Shown piece by piece: positions 26,824 through 37,924 of a stretch of DNA of 64,000 nt. The position numbers and the translations under genes are program-made. Position 1 is the first letter of the stretch. Every line of letters starts with the position of its first letter. Location of the stretch: assembly GCA_041819925.1 (NCBI GenBank), contig JBGYFE010000149.1, positions 3,036-67,035 on the forward strand. Reading direction: 5' to 3'. The notes beneath the pieces were generated by a model. The model did not search any database and was not told the origin of the DNA. It was given only the letters and a program-made list of their open reading frames with translations. Source of the DNA: Capnocytophaga sp. Its GTDB lineage: Bacteria > Bacteroidota > Bacteroidia > Flavobacteriales > Flavobacteriaceae.

Positions 26824-29250
26824 TTAGTTGATTAAATATTTACCTCCCACAACCGTGTTAAATGTAACAATCTTTCCTTTTTTGCATTTTTTTACAATGC
26901 GTTTGTTGTTATGATATACACTTTTCCCTGCCGGAAGGAATACATAACATTTGTTGCCATTCAAAGAAGTTATTTCGGCTTGCTCCAATATGTGATTTTT
27001 CCATAAGAAACTTATTTCAAATCCGTTACGAGCTTTCATTCCACGCATATTTCCTTCTGCCCAATCAGGATGCGTAGGTAATGCAGGTAATATGCGTATT
27101 ACATTATTTTTACCGTGGCTTTGCAACAACATTTCTGAAATTCCGGCTGTTCCCCCGAAATTTCCATCAATTTGAAACGGTGGATGTGCACAAAAAAGAT
27201 TGGCGTATGTTCCTCCTATTTGTCCTCGTGTTATTTCTGACGGAACAGGTTTTAACAATTGGCGTATGAGCGTCAAAGCGTGGTCGCCATCTTGCAATCG
27301 TGCCCAAAAATTAATTTTCCAAGCTCGCGACCACCCTGTACCACCATCGCCACGCATTTCCAATGTTTTTTTGGCCGCTTGGGCAAGTTTAGGTGTATCC
27401 CAAGGAGTTATTTCGTCATACGGATATAATCCATAAAGATGCGAAACGTGTCGGTGTGTAGGTTCAGCATCGTCCCAATCGTCCAGCCATTCGTTCAAAT
27501 CTCCGTTTTTCCCAATGACATTCGGAGCCGTATTTTTGATAATATCTTTCCATCGAGTGTGTTTTTCTTTATCCACGTTTAGTAATATTGAGGCTTGCAA
27601 CGTATTGGAAAACAATTCTCTGAGGATTTGCATATCCATTGTAGGCCCCATACAAGTAAACCCGATTTGTTTTTTTCCGTCTTTCAATTCAGGAAGAATA
27701 TAGGCGTTTTCAGGTGAATTTGACGGGGAGGTTACCCAATACCCCGTTTTTGGGTCTTTCACTAAAATATCCTCAAAAAAACGAGCTGCTTCTTTCAAAA
27801 CTACGTAATATTCTCTTAGAAAATCAATATCTTGTGTAAATTTGTAATGCTCCCATATATGTTCACATAGCCACGCTCCGCCCGTGAGTGTTGAACCCCA
27901 ATTAGCGCCCTCTCCTGGTGAGGTAAAAAACCAAGGATTGCTAATCACGTGTGCCACCCAACCTTCGGCGTCATAGTAGGCTTTAGCTGTTTTTTTTCCG
28001 TTAGGAATCAGATTTTTAGTAAATCGATGCAGTGGTTCTGTCAAATCTGACAAATTGGTTTGTTCGGCAAGCCAATAATTCATTTGCACATTGATGTTCA
28101 AGTGATAATCTCCATTCCAAGGTGTTTGGTATTCTTCTGCCCATAAACCTTGTAAATTGGCAGGAAGCAATCCTGAACGTGATGAAGAAATCAATAAATA
28201 TCGCCCAAAATTGTAATACAAAACGGGCAATAAGGCATCTCTTTCACCTTTGTGAAATTTTTCCAAGCGTTGGTAGGTTGTCAAGTGTTCCGTAGAGGCA
28301 TTGGCGGGCATAGACCAACGATTGCGATTAAAAATTTGCTGGTAAATAGCTTCACTTGTTGCGTATGATTTTTCAAAAGTTTCGAGCGATTTTGACAAAT
28401 ATGTATCTGCTTTTTTCACAACATTTTCATCGGAAAGTTGTCCGTTTTGGTCATCATAATTGGTAGCAGCACTTATTTTAATGACGATATTTTTAGCAGA
28501 AGTAACCTGCAAGTGAGTTTGTTGACCTTTCAAAGTACCGTCTGTTTCCACAACGGCAATGGTGGCAAATTGCATTCCGTTTTTGTCTTCATTAGGAAGC
28601 ATTCCTTGCATTAGCATTCGATTTTCTTGATATGAAACAGATGCTTCTTTCGCACGGAAAAGCGACAAATCCAAATCTAAAGGTTTTTCTGCCGAAATTT
28701 TAACCCAAATTAAATCGTTTTTAAAATCGGCAAAGGCAGTTTGTTCAATTTTGTTTCCGTTTTTCTCAAAGGAAGTGGTTGCTAATGCTTTTTCCACATC
28801 AAGGAGACGTTTATAATGAGTTGCCACTGCATCTGACTTCCAATCAATTTTCAATTCCCCTAAAATTTGATAGCAGCCATAGTGACAGTTAGCTCCATTT
28901 CCAAGACAAGAACCTTTTCCATTGGCAACAAAATGTTTTTGCAAAAGGCGTTGTGCTTCTAAATTTTTTCCTTCAAAAAGCAATTTTTGAATTTCTTTCA
29001 AATAGGAATGGGCTTGCTTGTCATCGGCGTCTTGCTGTCCACCTGACCAAAGCGAAATTTCATTCAAAACAATTCTGTCTACATCTGTTTTTCCGAAAAT
29101 CATTGCTCCTAAACGACCGTTTCCAATCGGAAGACTTTGTGTGAAGTAGTCAGCAGGTTTATCAAAAACAATTGAAACATCTTGTTTTTGAGCATTTACT
29201 TTAAAAATAAAGCTAACTAATAGTAAAAAAAGTAAGGTTGGTTTGTTCAT
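26824..29250 (-). CDS. GH95 alpha-L-fucosidase, signal peptide
   Basis: QSLPIGNGRLGAM; LNEISLWSG; NLQGLW...W.GDYHLNINVQMNYW; HRHVSHL; HPPFQIDGNFG. Confidence 0.92.
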   Translation of the reverse strand: MNKPTLLFLLLVSFIFKVNAQKQDVSIVFDKPADYFTQSLPIGNGRLGAMIFGKTDVDRIVLNEISLWSGGQQDADDKQAHSYLKEIQKLLFEGKNLEAQRLLQKHFVANGKGSCLGNGANCHYGCYQILGELKIDWKSDAVATHYKRLLDVEKALATTSFEKNGNKIEQTAFADFKNDLIWVKISAEKPLDLDLSLFRAKEASVSYQENRMLMQGMLPNEDKNGMQFATIAVVETDGTLKGQQTHLQVTSAKNIVIKISAATNYDDQNGQLSDENVVKKADTYLSKSLETFEKSYATSEAIYQQIFNRNRWSMPANASTEHLTTYQRLEKFHKGERDALLPVLYYNFGRYLLISSSRSGLLPANLQGLWAEEYQTPWNGDYHLNINVQMNYWLAEQTNLSDLTEPLHRFTKNLIPNGKKTAKAYYDAEGWVAHVISNPWFFTSPGEGANWGSTLTGGAWLCEHIWEHYKFTQDIDFLREYYVVLKEAARFFEDILVKDPKTGYWVTSPSNSPENAYILPELKDGKKQIGFTCMGPTMDMQILRELFSNTLQASILLNVDKEKHTRWKDIIKNTAPNVIGKNGDLNEWLDDWDDAEPTHRHVSHLYGLYPYDEITPWDTPKLAQAAKKTLEMRGDGGTGWSRAWKINFWARLQDGDHALTLIRQLLKPVPSEITRGQIGGTYANLFCAHPPFQIDGNFGGTAGISEMLLQSHGKNNVIRILPALPTHPDWAEGNMRGMKARNGFEISFLWKNHILEQAEITSLNGNKCYVFLPAGKSVYHNNKRIVKKCKKGKIVTFNTVVGGKYLIN

Positions 29251-29332
29251 TTTTTTAATAATTATTTCTAAGTCCCAAAGTTAGTGCTTTTGATGTAAAA
29301 ATCCAAAAAACAATAATGTAAAAAAACAAAAT

Positions 29333-29367
29333 AAAAAAATCCTGAGAAATTTCCTCAGGATTTTTTT
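29333..29367 (-). terminator. Intrinsic terminator of ompA
   Basis: AAAAAAATCCTGAG-N7-CTCAGGATTTTTTT. Confidence 0.8.
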
Positions 29368-29388
29368 TGCTATCTGTAAATTAGCTGC

Positions 29389-30570
29389 TTACTTCAACTC
29401 AAAAGTGGCTTTACGTGCGATTTGACGTGCTCTTGGTGAGTTTTTATCCACAGAAGTATCTTCACCTCTTCCTTCAACAGAAATTCTTGAAGCATCAACT
29501 CCTGATTCTACCAATAATTTCTTAACAGCCTCAGCTCTCTTAGTTGAAAGCGTTTGATTGTAGTTAGTTCCTCCAAGTTCATCAGCAAATCCAACAATAT
29601 TGATATTGGCATTTGTGTTAGATTTCAAGAACTTAGCTACGAAATCAACCGCCCAAGTTGAAGAAACTTGTGGTTTTGATGAATTGAAATCAAAATACGC
29701 ATTGATGTATCCTTTTTTGATTAAATCGGCAGCCATATCATTTCCTTCTGCCAAAGCTTTCACATCAGCCTTAGTAGCATAATTATCATTCAAGTAGCTT
29801 TCGATTTCATCAGGAACATTGTTTCCGTTTGCATCAATCATTTTGTTTTGTTTGTTAGCAACTTCTTCTTGTAATCCACTAATATTTCCTTCCAATGAAG
29901 CTAAACGATCTTCAATTTTCTCAAATCGGCTTCCGTCGTGATGCCAATCAGCGTGTTTACCGTGTTTACCCAAAGCAATCTGTAAACCAATCGTTCCTGT
30001 TACGTTAACTCCTTGGATTCCTCTTCTGGCTGATGCTGAATATGTATCAAAAGTTCTTTGTTGTCTTGCGTTAAAATACACAGAAGCATCTGCTAAAAAC
30101 GTAACTCTGTTAGAAATACGAAGCTGTGGTGTAAAACCTACAACGGCAAAAGCCACCTGATCAGCACTTGAAAGAGCATCACTATTCAATTGACCATACC
30201 CAACCCCAGCGTGAGCAAGTAACCCTAAATCACTTGTCCACTCTTCAAAGTTCAAAGCACGGCCCACGTTAGCAACTCCTTGCAAATTGACATTCCAAAA
30301 ATTTGATTCAAATTTTCTACTATCATCACCATCTTTGAAGGTATCATATCCACCTCCCAAACGAAGACCAAATTTGTTATTAAACATATAACGAACACCT
30401 CCGTTTACCCCCCATAAATTTGGAGTTGATGTGGAATACTGCGATGTCAACTCAGAAACAGGCTTATTGATTCCTCCATTTACATCGATTGACCATTTGT
30501 TGTAACTTTCTTCCTGTGCTTGCACTCCCACAAAAACTAAGGAGGCCAAAGCAAAAATGTGTTTTTTCAT
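29389..30570 (-). CDS. ompA: OmpA-family outer-membrane protein
   Basis: Signal peptide, beta-barrel, coiled linker, OmpA_C (YFDFNS...GFAD..G...YN..LS.KRA..VK...RKATF). Confidence 0.9.
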   Translation of the reverse strand: MKKHIFALASLVFVGVQAQEESYNKWSIDVNGGINKPVSELTSQYSTSTPNLWGVNGGVRYMFNNKFGLRLGGGYDTFKDGDDSRKFESNFWNVNLQGVANVGRALNFEEWTSDLGLLAHAGVGYGQLNSDALSSADQVAFAVVGFTPQLRISNRVTFLADASVYFNARQQRTFDTYSASARRGIQGVNVTGTIGLQIALGKHGKHADWHHDGSRFEKIEDRLASLEGNISGLQEEVANKQNKMIDANGNNVPDEIESYLNDNYATKADVKALAEGNDMAADLIKKGYINAYFDFNSSKPQVSSTWAVDFVAKFLKSNTNANINIVGFADELGGTNYNQTLSTKRAEAVKKLLVESGVDASRISVEGRGEDTSVDKNSPRARQIARKATFELK

Positions 30571-30652
30571 ACTGTTTTTAATTTCTTAAAATTATATTGT
30601 TGGGGCAAAAGTATAATTTTTCTGAATACAAAAAAATATATTTACATTTTTT

Positions 30653-30943
30653 TTAACGTTTTTCTTTATGTTTCAGCAACATTCTCTCTAAGGGGGTTAT
30701 TGAACTGTCAATTCCTTCCTCGAATGTTTTGAATTGTTTTTTTACTACCAAACTTTCGCCTGGCACGTGAACTTTTATTTCAACTATTTTATTTTCTTTT
30801 ACACTTGTGTTTTCTAACTTCAAATGAACATCTGCTTCAATAATTCTATCATAAAAATTATCCAATTTATCTAGTTTTTTTTGAATAAAATCTACCAATT
30901 TTTGGTCAACAGTAAAATCTACTGGGTGTACGTGAACTTTCAT
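30653..30943 (-). CDS. hpf: Ribosome hibernation promoting factor (HPF/RaiA)
   Basis: S30AE-type sequence MKVHVH.V.F..DQKL...KL.KL..FYD.I. Confidence 0.88.
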   Translation of the reverse strand: MKVHVHPVDFTVDQKLVDFIQKKLDKLDNFYDRIIEADVHLKLENTSVKENKIVEIKVHVPGESLVVKKQFKTFEEGIDSSITPLERMLLKHKEKR

Positions 30944-30989
30944 AAAATCAATTTTTTAAAAAGGTTTAACAATCTACTTTTTCTCTATA

Positions 30990-31889
30990 TCATTCATCAT
31001 TTGCTCTGGGATGTGCTTTTTGATACTGTTTTTTCAATTCAGCTAAACTGCTACTGGTATATACCTGCGTCGCTGCTAAACTTGAATGCCCCAACAATTC
31101 CTTAACTGTGTTTAAATCAGCACCGTTATCCAACAAATGACTCGCAAATGAGTGCCGCAACACGTGTGGGCTAACATCTTTTTTTGTTGTTACCGCACTA
31201 AAATACAATTTAACAATTCTATACACAAGTGTTGCATACGTTTTTTTGCCATTTTTAGCTAAGAACAAGACGTCTCCACTATTTTCAGTAGCTACCTCTT
31301 CTCTTGCCTTTAAGTATTTTTTCAAAATTTCTTCCATTTCAGGAAGCATCGGAATGAAACGCTCCTTGTTGCGTTTTCCTAATACCTTGATTTGCTTTTG
31401 AACAAAATCTAAATCACTCACTCTTAACAAAATCAACTCTGAACGCCGCATTCCCGTTGCATAAAACAACTCTATAATAGTTTTATTACGAATCTCCTCA
31501 AATGAATTTTTACCTGAAAAAAAAGATAATGCTTTTTCAATTTCAAACTCTGAAAAAGGAAGTTTCACTCTCTTCTCTACTCTCAAAGGCAATATTTCCT
31601 TTTCAAACGGACTCGCCTCTATCTGATTTGTCTTTTTTAAAAATGAGTAATACATTTTCAAAGCCGACAACTTCCTATTGATACTCTTAAACGCAATCGA
31701 TTGCCTCGACAACTCAACAATCCATTTTTTTATCTCAAACTGAGAAACTTTTTTTAAACAAAAAGAGTCCTCTCCGACATACATACCTTTGATGAATTTT
31801 TCAAAGGACTTTACATCACGCTTATAAGCCTCCACTGTATGAGCAGAATACTTCTTTTCAATGGAAAGATAATTTATAAACGACACCAT
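30990..31889 (-). CDS. xerC: Chromosomal tyrosine recombinase XerC/XerD
   Basis: YATGMRRSEL; K..GKRNKER; HVLRHSFASHLL.NGADL..VKELLGHSSL..TQVYT; next to hpf. Confidence 0.85.
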   Translation of the reverse strand: MVSFINYLSIEKKYSAHTVEAYKRDVKSFEKFIKGMYVGEDSFCLKKVSQFEIKKWIVELSRQSIAFKSINRKLSALKMYYSFLKKTNQIEASPFEKEILPLRVEKRVKLPFSEFEIEKALSFFSGKNSFEEIRNKTIIELFYATGMRRSELILLRVSDLDFVQKQIKVLGKRNKERFIPMLPEMEEILKKYLKAREEVATENSGDVLFLAKNGKKTYATLVYRIVKLYFSAVTTKKDVSPHVLRHSFASHLLDNGADLNTVKELLGHSSLAATQVYTSSSLAELKKQYQKAHPRANDE

Positions 31890-32220
31890 TTTCTCTTTGC
31901 TTTAAACATCTCCTTCATCTAACTCGATGTTACAAAGGTAAAAAAATAAAAAACATTTATTTCATAATAAAAAGTTAAATTTTTTCATTTGCCGATTTTT
32001 ATAAGATTAAATAAAATGGTTTGCCTATCTCTGTCTTTTTATTTCAATTTAAACGTTTACTTTAACAGATAAACTATTAATAATCAATATATTTGTAAAT
32101 TCAAAATTTCACCACCAGATTTTATAAACAACAAAAGAAGCATCATTCCCTCCTTAGTAAAGATTTTCTCAGGTTATACAATAATGTTTGTTTTAGCAAT
32201 TCTATGATACCCCTAATAAC

Positions 32221-33174
32221 TTACACAAAAACGGCATCTTCTTTAAATGAGAATCCGTTTAGTAAATCGTTGGTTTTCATCCGTTTTTTTCCAGCTATTT
32301 GCAATTCTAAAACAGACATAAAACCTTCTTTTACAGCAACATATATTTTTCTATTTTCAATCTTTATCGTTCCCACTGAAAGGGAATGATTTTCTGGCTG
32401 AAAAATAGCGTCATATATTTTGATGTTTAAATCCTCTTGATTTTGACGTAAAATTGCCCAAGCCGCCGGGTGTGGACTCATTCCTCTGACAAACCTTTCA
32501 ATAGACCTACCATTCGCTTCCCAATTGATTTTGCAAGTTTCTTTGAAAATTTTCGGAGCTTCTGCAAATGATTCATTTATAGGTTGTTGCTGTGTTGCAT
32601 AATTTCCGTTAGCAATTTCATTTACAGTTTGAAGCACCAATTCAGCACCTTTTATCATCAGTTTATCGTGCAACGTTCCGGCTGTTTCCCGTTCGGAAAT
32701 AGGCATTTCTGCCTGCAAAATGATTGCTCCTGTATCAATTTTTTCATCAATAAAAAAAGTAGTTACACCCGTTTTCGTCTCGCCATTAATAATTGCCCAA
32801 TTGATTGGCGCTGAACCTCTGTAAGCAGGCAATAATGAGGCGTGCAGATTGAAAGTTCCATATTTGGGCAATTGCCACACTACTTTTGGCAACATTCTGA
32901 AAGCCACTACAATCTGCAAATCAGGTTGCCATTCTTTTAGTGCATTTATAAAATTTTCATCTTTCAAATTTGCAGGTTGCAAAACAGGAATCTGCTGGTT
33001 TTCAGCATATATTTTCACGGGAGAAGATTGCAATTTTTGTCCGCGCCCCGCAAACTTGTCTGGAATGGTTACAACCCCTACAACATTATATTGATTTTCA
33101 ACCAATTGCCGTAAACTTTCTAACGCAAAATCGGGCGTACCCATAAACACAATTCTGAGATTTTTCATTAGCAT
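32221..33174 (-). CDS. fmt: Methionyl-tRNA formyltransferase
   Basis: IVFMGTPDFA; NLHASLLP.YRG.APINWAII. Confidence 0.95.
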   Translation of the reverse strand: MLMKNLRIVFMGTPDFALESLRQLVENQYNVVGVVTIPDKFAGRGQKLQSSPVKIYAENQQIPVLQPANLKDENFINALKEWQPDLQIVVAFRMLPKVVWQLPKYGTFNLHASLLPAYRGSAPINWAIINGETKTGVTTFFIDEKIDTGAIILQAEMPISERETAGTLHDKLMIKGAELVLQTVNEIANGNYATQQQPINESFAEAPKIFKETCKINWEANGRSIERFVRGMSPHPAAWAILRQNQEDLNIKIYDAIFQPENHSLSVGTIKIENRKIYVAVKEGFMSVLELQIAGKKRMKTNDLLNGFSFKEDAVFV

Positions 33175-33307
33175 TTGTCCAATTATTTAGATTTATTCAT
33201 TTCTGATAATTATTAATTTCGCAAAAATACTATTTTTTATAAAATTAATTATTTGTTTTAGAAATTATTTTTACGTATTTTTGCAAATAATCTAAACATT
33301 CAATTAT

Positions 33308-34132
33308 ATGGTAATCTATGATAAAATAAATGAAACTGCGCGTATTATTCAATCCTATATTTCAGAGCATACGCCTGAATTTGCGATTATTTTAGGGTCA
33401 GGGCTCAGTAAATTACAAAACGAAGTTGATGTGATTTCTGAAATTAAATACTCAAACATTCCAAACTTCCCAAAATCAACCGTTGCAGGGCATACTGGCA
33501 AGCTGATTTACGGAAAAATTGAAAATCGCTACGTTTTGATGATGTCAGGGCGTGTACATTTTTATGAAGGTTATTCAATGCAAGAAGTTACTTTTCCGAT
33601 TCGCGTTTTTCACAAACTGGGAATCAAGCGATTAATTCTTTCTAATGCTTCGGGCGGAGTGAATCCGAATTTTGAGATTGGTGACATTATGATTATTCGT
33701 GACCACATCAATATGTTCCCTGAACACCCTCTTCGAGGCAGAAATTTAGACGAATTTGGGGCTCGTTTTCCTGATATGAGCAAACCATACAGTCTCGCTA
33801 TGATTGCTGAATTAGAGAAAATTGCTCAAAATCACAATATTAAGGTTCAGAAAGGTGTTTATGTTGGCTTACAAGGTCCTTCATTTGAAACTCCTGCCGA
33901 ATACGGAATGGTCAGAATTCTTGGAGGAGATGCCGTTGGAATGAGCACTGTGCCTGAAACTATCGTGGCTCGTCATCAAGATATGGAAGTATGTGCACTT
34001 TCCGTAATCACGGATTTAGGCGGTCCTGAAATTTCTCCAAATGTATCACACGAAGAAGTTTTAAATGCCGCCAATAAAGCAATGCCGAATGTTATTCTAT
34101 TAGTGAAGAATCTTATAAAAAATTATAGATAA
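33308..34132 (+). CDS. punA: Purine nucleoside phosphorylase (trimeric type)
   Basis: IILGSGL; GRVHFYEG; GPSFETPAE; DAVGMSTVPE. Confidence 0.92.
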   Translation: MVIYDKINETARIIQSYISEHTPEFAIILGSGLSKLQNEVDVISEIKYSNIPNFPKSTVAGHTGKLIYGKIENRYVLMMSGRVHFYEGYSMQEVTFPIRVFHKLGIKRLILSNASGGVNPNFEIGDIMIIRDHINMFPEHPLRGRNLDEFGARFPDMSKPYSLAMIAELEKIAQNHNIKVQKGVYVGLQGPSFETPAEYGMVRILGGDAVGMSTVPETIVARHQDMEVCALSVITDLGGPEISPNVSHEEVLNAANKAMPNVILLVKNLIKNYR

Positions 34133-34272
34133 TCGCCCTTTCCGTATTAAAAAACTCTGATAAAGTATAAATATTCTTAATATTTTACCAGAGTTTTGTT
34201 TTTAACTTTTTTATAACATTTATCCATTGCCTTTTTCTTATTTTTGCGTGCCATAGATAGAGAGATGATTGA

Positions 34273-35673
34273 ATGATGAATAGATTACTACTTTTGTTAC
34301 TCCCCATTTTTGTGGTTTCTTGTAATACTAATAGGGATAAGGCTTTTACTTTTTTAAAGTGCTATTTCCCAAACGCCAAGGATTCCCTTGTTGTTTTGTA
34401 TTATGATGACAAACCTATTGATACCGCATACTTGAATAAAAACAAAAAGGTTTTGTTGAAATTAAAAATCAATGAGCCTAAACTATATCATTTTGAAATT
34501 GATGATAACTACCAATATGTGTATTTAGAACCACAGGATAGTTTGGTTGTCTTTGCTAACATAATGAATTTCAGCCAAAGTGTTTCGTTTTCAGGAAAAA
34601 GTTCGGCTGTAAACAATTTCATAACCTTACAGACCAACAATGTTGAAAAAGAAACTCCTATCTTAAAAAATTTCAGTCATTTACCTCCAAGTGATTTCAA
34701 AAGAAAAATGGATTCAGTTTATCATTCCAAAATGCAGGAATATAACACCTTTTTGAATGACAACCCTGAACTCTCTGAAAAAGCAAAAGATATTACTTTG
34801 GTGAGTGCTACGTTTTCCGTTCACAAAGAAATGGAGTCTTATCCATTTGTATATCAACGAAACAATAAAAAATCAATTGTAAATTCGCTCCCAAATAATT
34901 TTTATGATTATCGGAAAAATATTAACTTCAACAACACATTTTTGGAATATTACCGTCCATATTATAGCTATATGGTAATGTTTATCAATAATTTAGCTTT
35001 CAAAAAGCACTCTACAAAGATAGTTGATGACGATATCAATAAAAATGAACAATTCCATTTAAAAAAAATCACCGTGATAGATAGTGCTTTCCGTTCAGGA
35101 AGTTTGAGGGACAATCTGTACAGAAACGCTGCCTACGCATATATTTTTAACATACAGGATAACAAAGAATGTGAATGTTACATCGAAGAATTTAACAAAT
35201 ACAACCAAAATAACACTCATAAAGCGGAGTTGGACGAATTATTCAAAAGTACAATAGCTTTACAGGAAGGAAGTATTCCGCCTAACTTTGATATTATCGA
35301 CCTTGACGGGAATCATTTGACTTTGTCCGAAATCGTAAAACCTGAACTTACGATTTTTTACTTTTGGTCTGTAAATCAATCTGATATGTCGAGCCTTATT
35401 CTCAATCGAGTGTTGCAACTCAAAACACTTTTCCCAGAAGTAAAATTTGTAGGGATTGATGTGGGGCAAGATGTAAGTAAATGGTGTGAAAAAGCTCCTT
35501 TTACTATCGAAGGTATCGAACAGTTTCACTCCACAAACTTTGCAGATTTATCACGTAAATACCTCATAAACAACATCAGTAAATCGTTCATTTTAGGCGA
35601 AGACACCCGAATTATAACGGCTTTTGAAAGCATTTTTAGCCCCAATATTGAAAAAATACTTCTGAAAAATTAA
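34273..35673 (+). CDS. Lipoprotein with C-terminal thioredoxin-like (TlpA/AhpC) fold lacking CxxC
   Basis: Lipobox VVSC; C-terminal PPNFDIIDLDG...IFYFWS (no CxxC). Confidence 0.65.
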   Translation: MMNRLLLLLLPIFVVSCNTNRDKAFTFLKCYFPNAKDSLVVLYYDDKPIDTAYLNKNKKVLLKLKINEPKLYHFEIDDNYQYVYLEPQDSLVVFANIMNFSQSVSFSGKSSAVNNFITLQTNNVEKETPILKNFSHLPPSDFKRKMDSVYHSKMQEYNTFLNDNPELSEKAKDITLVSATFSVHKEMESYPFVYQRNNKKSIVNSLPNNFYDYRKNINFNNTFLEYYRPYYSYMVMFINNLAFKKHSTKIVDDDINKNEQFHLKKITVIDSAFRSGSLRDNLYRNAAYAYIFNIQDNKECECYIEEFNKYNQNNTHKAELDELFKSTIALQEGSIPPNFDIIDLDGNHLTLSEIVKPELTIFYFWSVNQSDMSSLILNRVLQLKTLFPEVKFVGIDVGQDVSKWCEKAPFTIEGIEQFHSTNFADLSRKYLINNISKSFILGEDTRIITAFESIFSPNIEKILLKN

Positions 35674-35739
35674 TTCTTTGGCTAAACAACTTGCTTTTTT
35701 ATATTTTTTTAAATAGTTTTGTGGGAAAATCCTCACTAT

Positions 35740-37278
35740 ATGCTTGTAAAAATATACGGAAGTGCCGTTTTTGGTGTAGAAGCTACTACCATTACCATCG
35801 AAGTGAATATCGACAAAGGCGTTGGTTATCACTTGGTTGGGTTGCCTGATATAGCCATAAAAGAAAGCAGTTATCGCATTGGTGCTGCCTTGCAAAATAA
35901 TGGCTATAAAATTCCCGGAAAGAAAATCACCATTAATATGGCTCCTGCCGATATGCGGAAAGAAGGTTCGGCGTATGATTTGAGTTTTGCCATCGGGATT
36001 TTAGCCGCAAACGAACAGATAACTTCCGATGAATTAGACAAATATGTCATAATGGGCGAACTTTCGTTAGACGGAAGCCTGCAACCTATAAAAGGAGCAT
36101 TGCCCATTGCCATTCAAGCACGAAAAGAAGGATTTAAGGGTTTCATTCTTCCGATGCAAAATGCCAAAGAGGCTGCCATTGTTGATAATTTGGAAGTCTA
36201 TGGTGTTGAGAATATCAAAGATGTTATTGATTTTTTTAACGGCGAAAAAGAACTCGAAAAAACGGAAATTGACACTCGCAAAGAATTTTTCAAAAACTTA
36301 GATTTTCCTGAATTTGACTTCGCTGATGTGAAGGGACAAGAATCCATCAAACGTTGTATGGAAATTGCTGCTGCTGGCGGTCATAACATTATTTTGATAG
36401 GACCTCCGGGGTCAGGAAAAACTATGTTAGCCAAGCGTTTACCAAGCATTTTGCCGCCAATGACGCTACACGAAGCACTTGAAACAACGAAGATACACAG
36501 TGTTGTTGGTCGCATTAAGGACAGCGGATTGATGTGCCATCGCCCTTTCCGAAGCCCACATCACACCATTTCAGATGTAGCTTTGGTCGGTGGAGGAACT
36601 TACCCACAGCCAGGTGAAATTTCATTAGCGCACAATGGCGTACTTTTTCTTGATGAACTCCCTGAGTTTAAGCGTACTGTGTTAGAAGTGATGCGTCAGC
36701 CATTGGAAGACCGTGAAGTTACCATTTCAAGAGCCAAGTTTTCGGTTACGTATCCTGCTTCATTTATGCTTGTGGCAAGTATGAACCCAAGTCCGAGTGG
36801 TTATTTCAACGACCCCGATGCGCCTGTAACTTCTACACCCGCCGAAATGCAACGTTATTTGAGTAAAATTTCAGGACCTTTGTTAGACCGTATTGACATT
36901 CATATTGAGGTAAATCCTGTACCATTTGAAAAACTTTCTGATGAGCGAAAAGCTGAGAGTAGCAATGTTATCCGTCAGCGTGTAATAGAGGCGCGAAACA
37001 TTCAAACTGAGCGTTTTAAATCCTATGATACCATTCATTATAATGCTCAAATGAACACCAAACAAATCCGAAAGTATTGCAAATTAGATGAGGCTTCGTT
37101 GGAATTGCTAAAAAATGCAATGCAACGGCTAAACCTTTCCGCACGGGCATACGACCGTATTTTGAAAGTAGCTCGTACTATTGCCGATTTGGAAAAATCA
37201 GAAAATGTACTACAACATCACATCGGTGAAGCCATACAATACAGAAGTTTAGACCGTGAGGGTTGGTTTGGAAGATGA
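35740..37278 (+). CDS. comM: YifB/ComM Mg-chelatase-like AAA+ protein
   Basis: [11 protein letters not shown]; [11 protein letters not shown]; [14 protein letters not shown]; [18 protein letters not shown]. Confidence 0.9.
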   Translation: MLVKIYGSAVFGVEATTITIEVNIDKGVGYHLVGLPDIAIKESSYRIGAALQNNGYKIPGKKITINMAPADMRKEGSAYDLSFAIGILAANEQITSDELDKYVIMGELSLDGSLQPIKGALPIAIQARKEGFKGFILPMQNAKEAAIVDNLEVYGVENIKDVIDFFNGEKELEKTEIDTRKEFFKNLDFPEFDFADVKGQESIKRCMEIAAAGGHNIILIGPPGSGKTMLAKRLPSILPPMTLHEALETTKIHSVVGRIKDSGLMCHRPFRSPHHTISDVALVGGGTYPQPGEISLAHNGVLFLDELPEFKRTVLEVMRQPLEDREVTISRAKFSVTYPASFMLVASMNPSPSGYFNDPDAPVTSTPAEMQRYLSKISGPLLDRIDIHIEVNPVPFEKLSDERKAESSNVIRQRVIEARNIQTERFKSYDTIHYNAQMNTKQIRKYCKLDEASLELLKNAMQRLNLSARAYDRILKVARTIADLEKSENVLQHHIGEAIQYRSLDREGWFGR

Positions 37279-37358
37279 TTTTCGTCTAAAAACATTCGAT
37301 TTTCAATAAAAATATGACATACTAACAAATTTATGAATTATAAACCATCAAAAATCTT

Positions 37359-37916
37359 ATGAAATCACATTTTTTTTATATCTTTTTGGCTTTTTTTACT
37401 CTTTTAGCTTGCACACCAAACAAGGAATTGACTGTATCAGAGGCTGAAAAACTAATTTCTTCACAGTTAGAAGAAAAACCTTTGTTTGAAACGGGCAAAT
37501 TTAGCACAGACAAACAACGACTTGAAAGCAAAAAAGACGAAAAACTCATCTCTGCGATACAAAATTTAGCCGATGACGGACTTATTGAAATCAATGACGA
37601 AAAAGTTCGCAAGAAATGGTTTTCAAAGGACAGCGTGTATATCATCGAACCCACGCTCACCAAAGCCGCCCTGCCTTACGTGGTAACTCACAACAAAAAA
37701 AGCTCTGTGGTGAAAACAATTCTCTATAAGTTAAATCCAAAAAGCATCACTATTGAGAAAAATAATGAAAAAACAGCAATCTGTACAGCTGTTTTGGACA
37801 AAGAGAAAACACCTTTTTACCATTTTGGAAAAGACCCTAATCCGAAATCAGCCTTCATCAGTAGAAAATTTAAACTGAAATATGACGAAAATACGGGTTG
37901 GAAAATCACAAAATAG
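37359..37916 (+). CDS. Hypothetical lipoprotein
   Basis: Lipobox LLAC; no family recognised. Confidence 0.6.
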   Translation: MKSHFFYIFLAFFTLLACTPNKELTVSEAEKLISSQLEEKPLFETGKFSTDKQRLESKKDEKLISAIQNLADDGLIEINDEKVRKKWFSKDSVYIIEPTLTKAALPYVVTHNKKSSVVKTILYKLNPKSITIEKNNEKTAICTAVLDKEKTPFYHFGKDPNPKSAFISRKFKLKYDENTGWKITK

Positions 37917-37924
37917 ATACAAAA

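Noticed and set aside
30990-31889. Tyrosine recombinase as the ICE integrase
   Set aside because: It is ~300 aa with no arm-binding domain, has XerC/D signature motifs, sits next to hpf and is 10 kb from the element.
31890-32220. Spacer upstream of xerC, checked for rpsU, tRNA or sRNA
   Set aside because: Only a TACCTTTG promoter box (31940-31933) was found; there is no credible ORF or structure.
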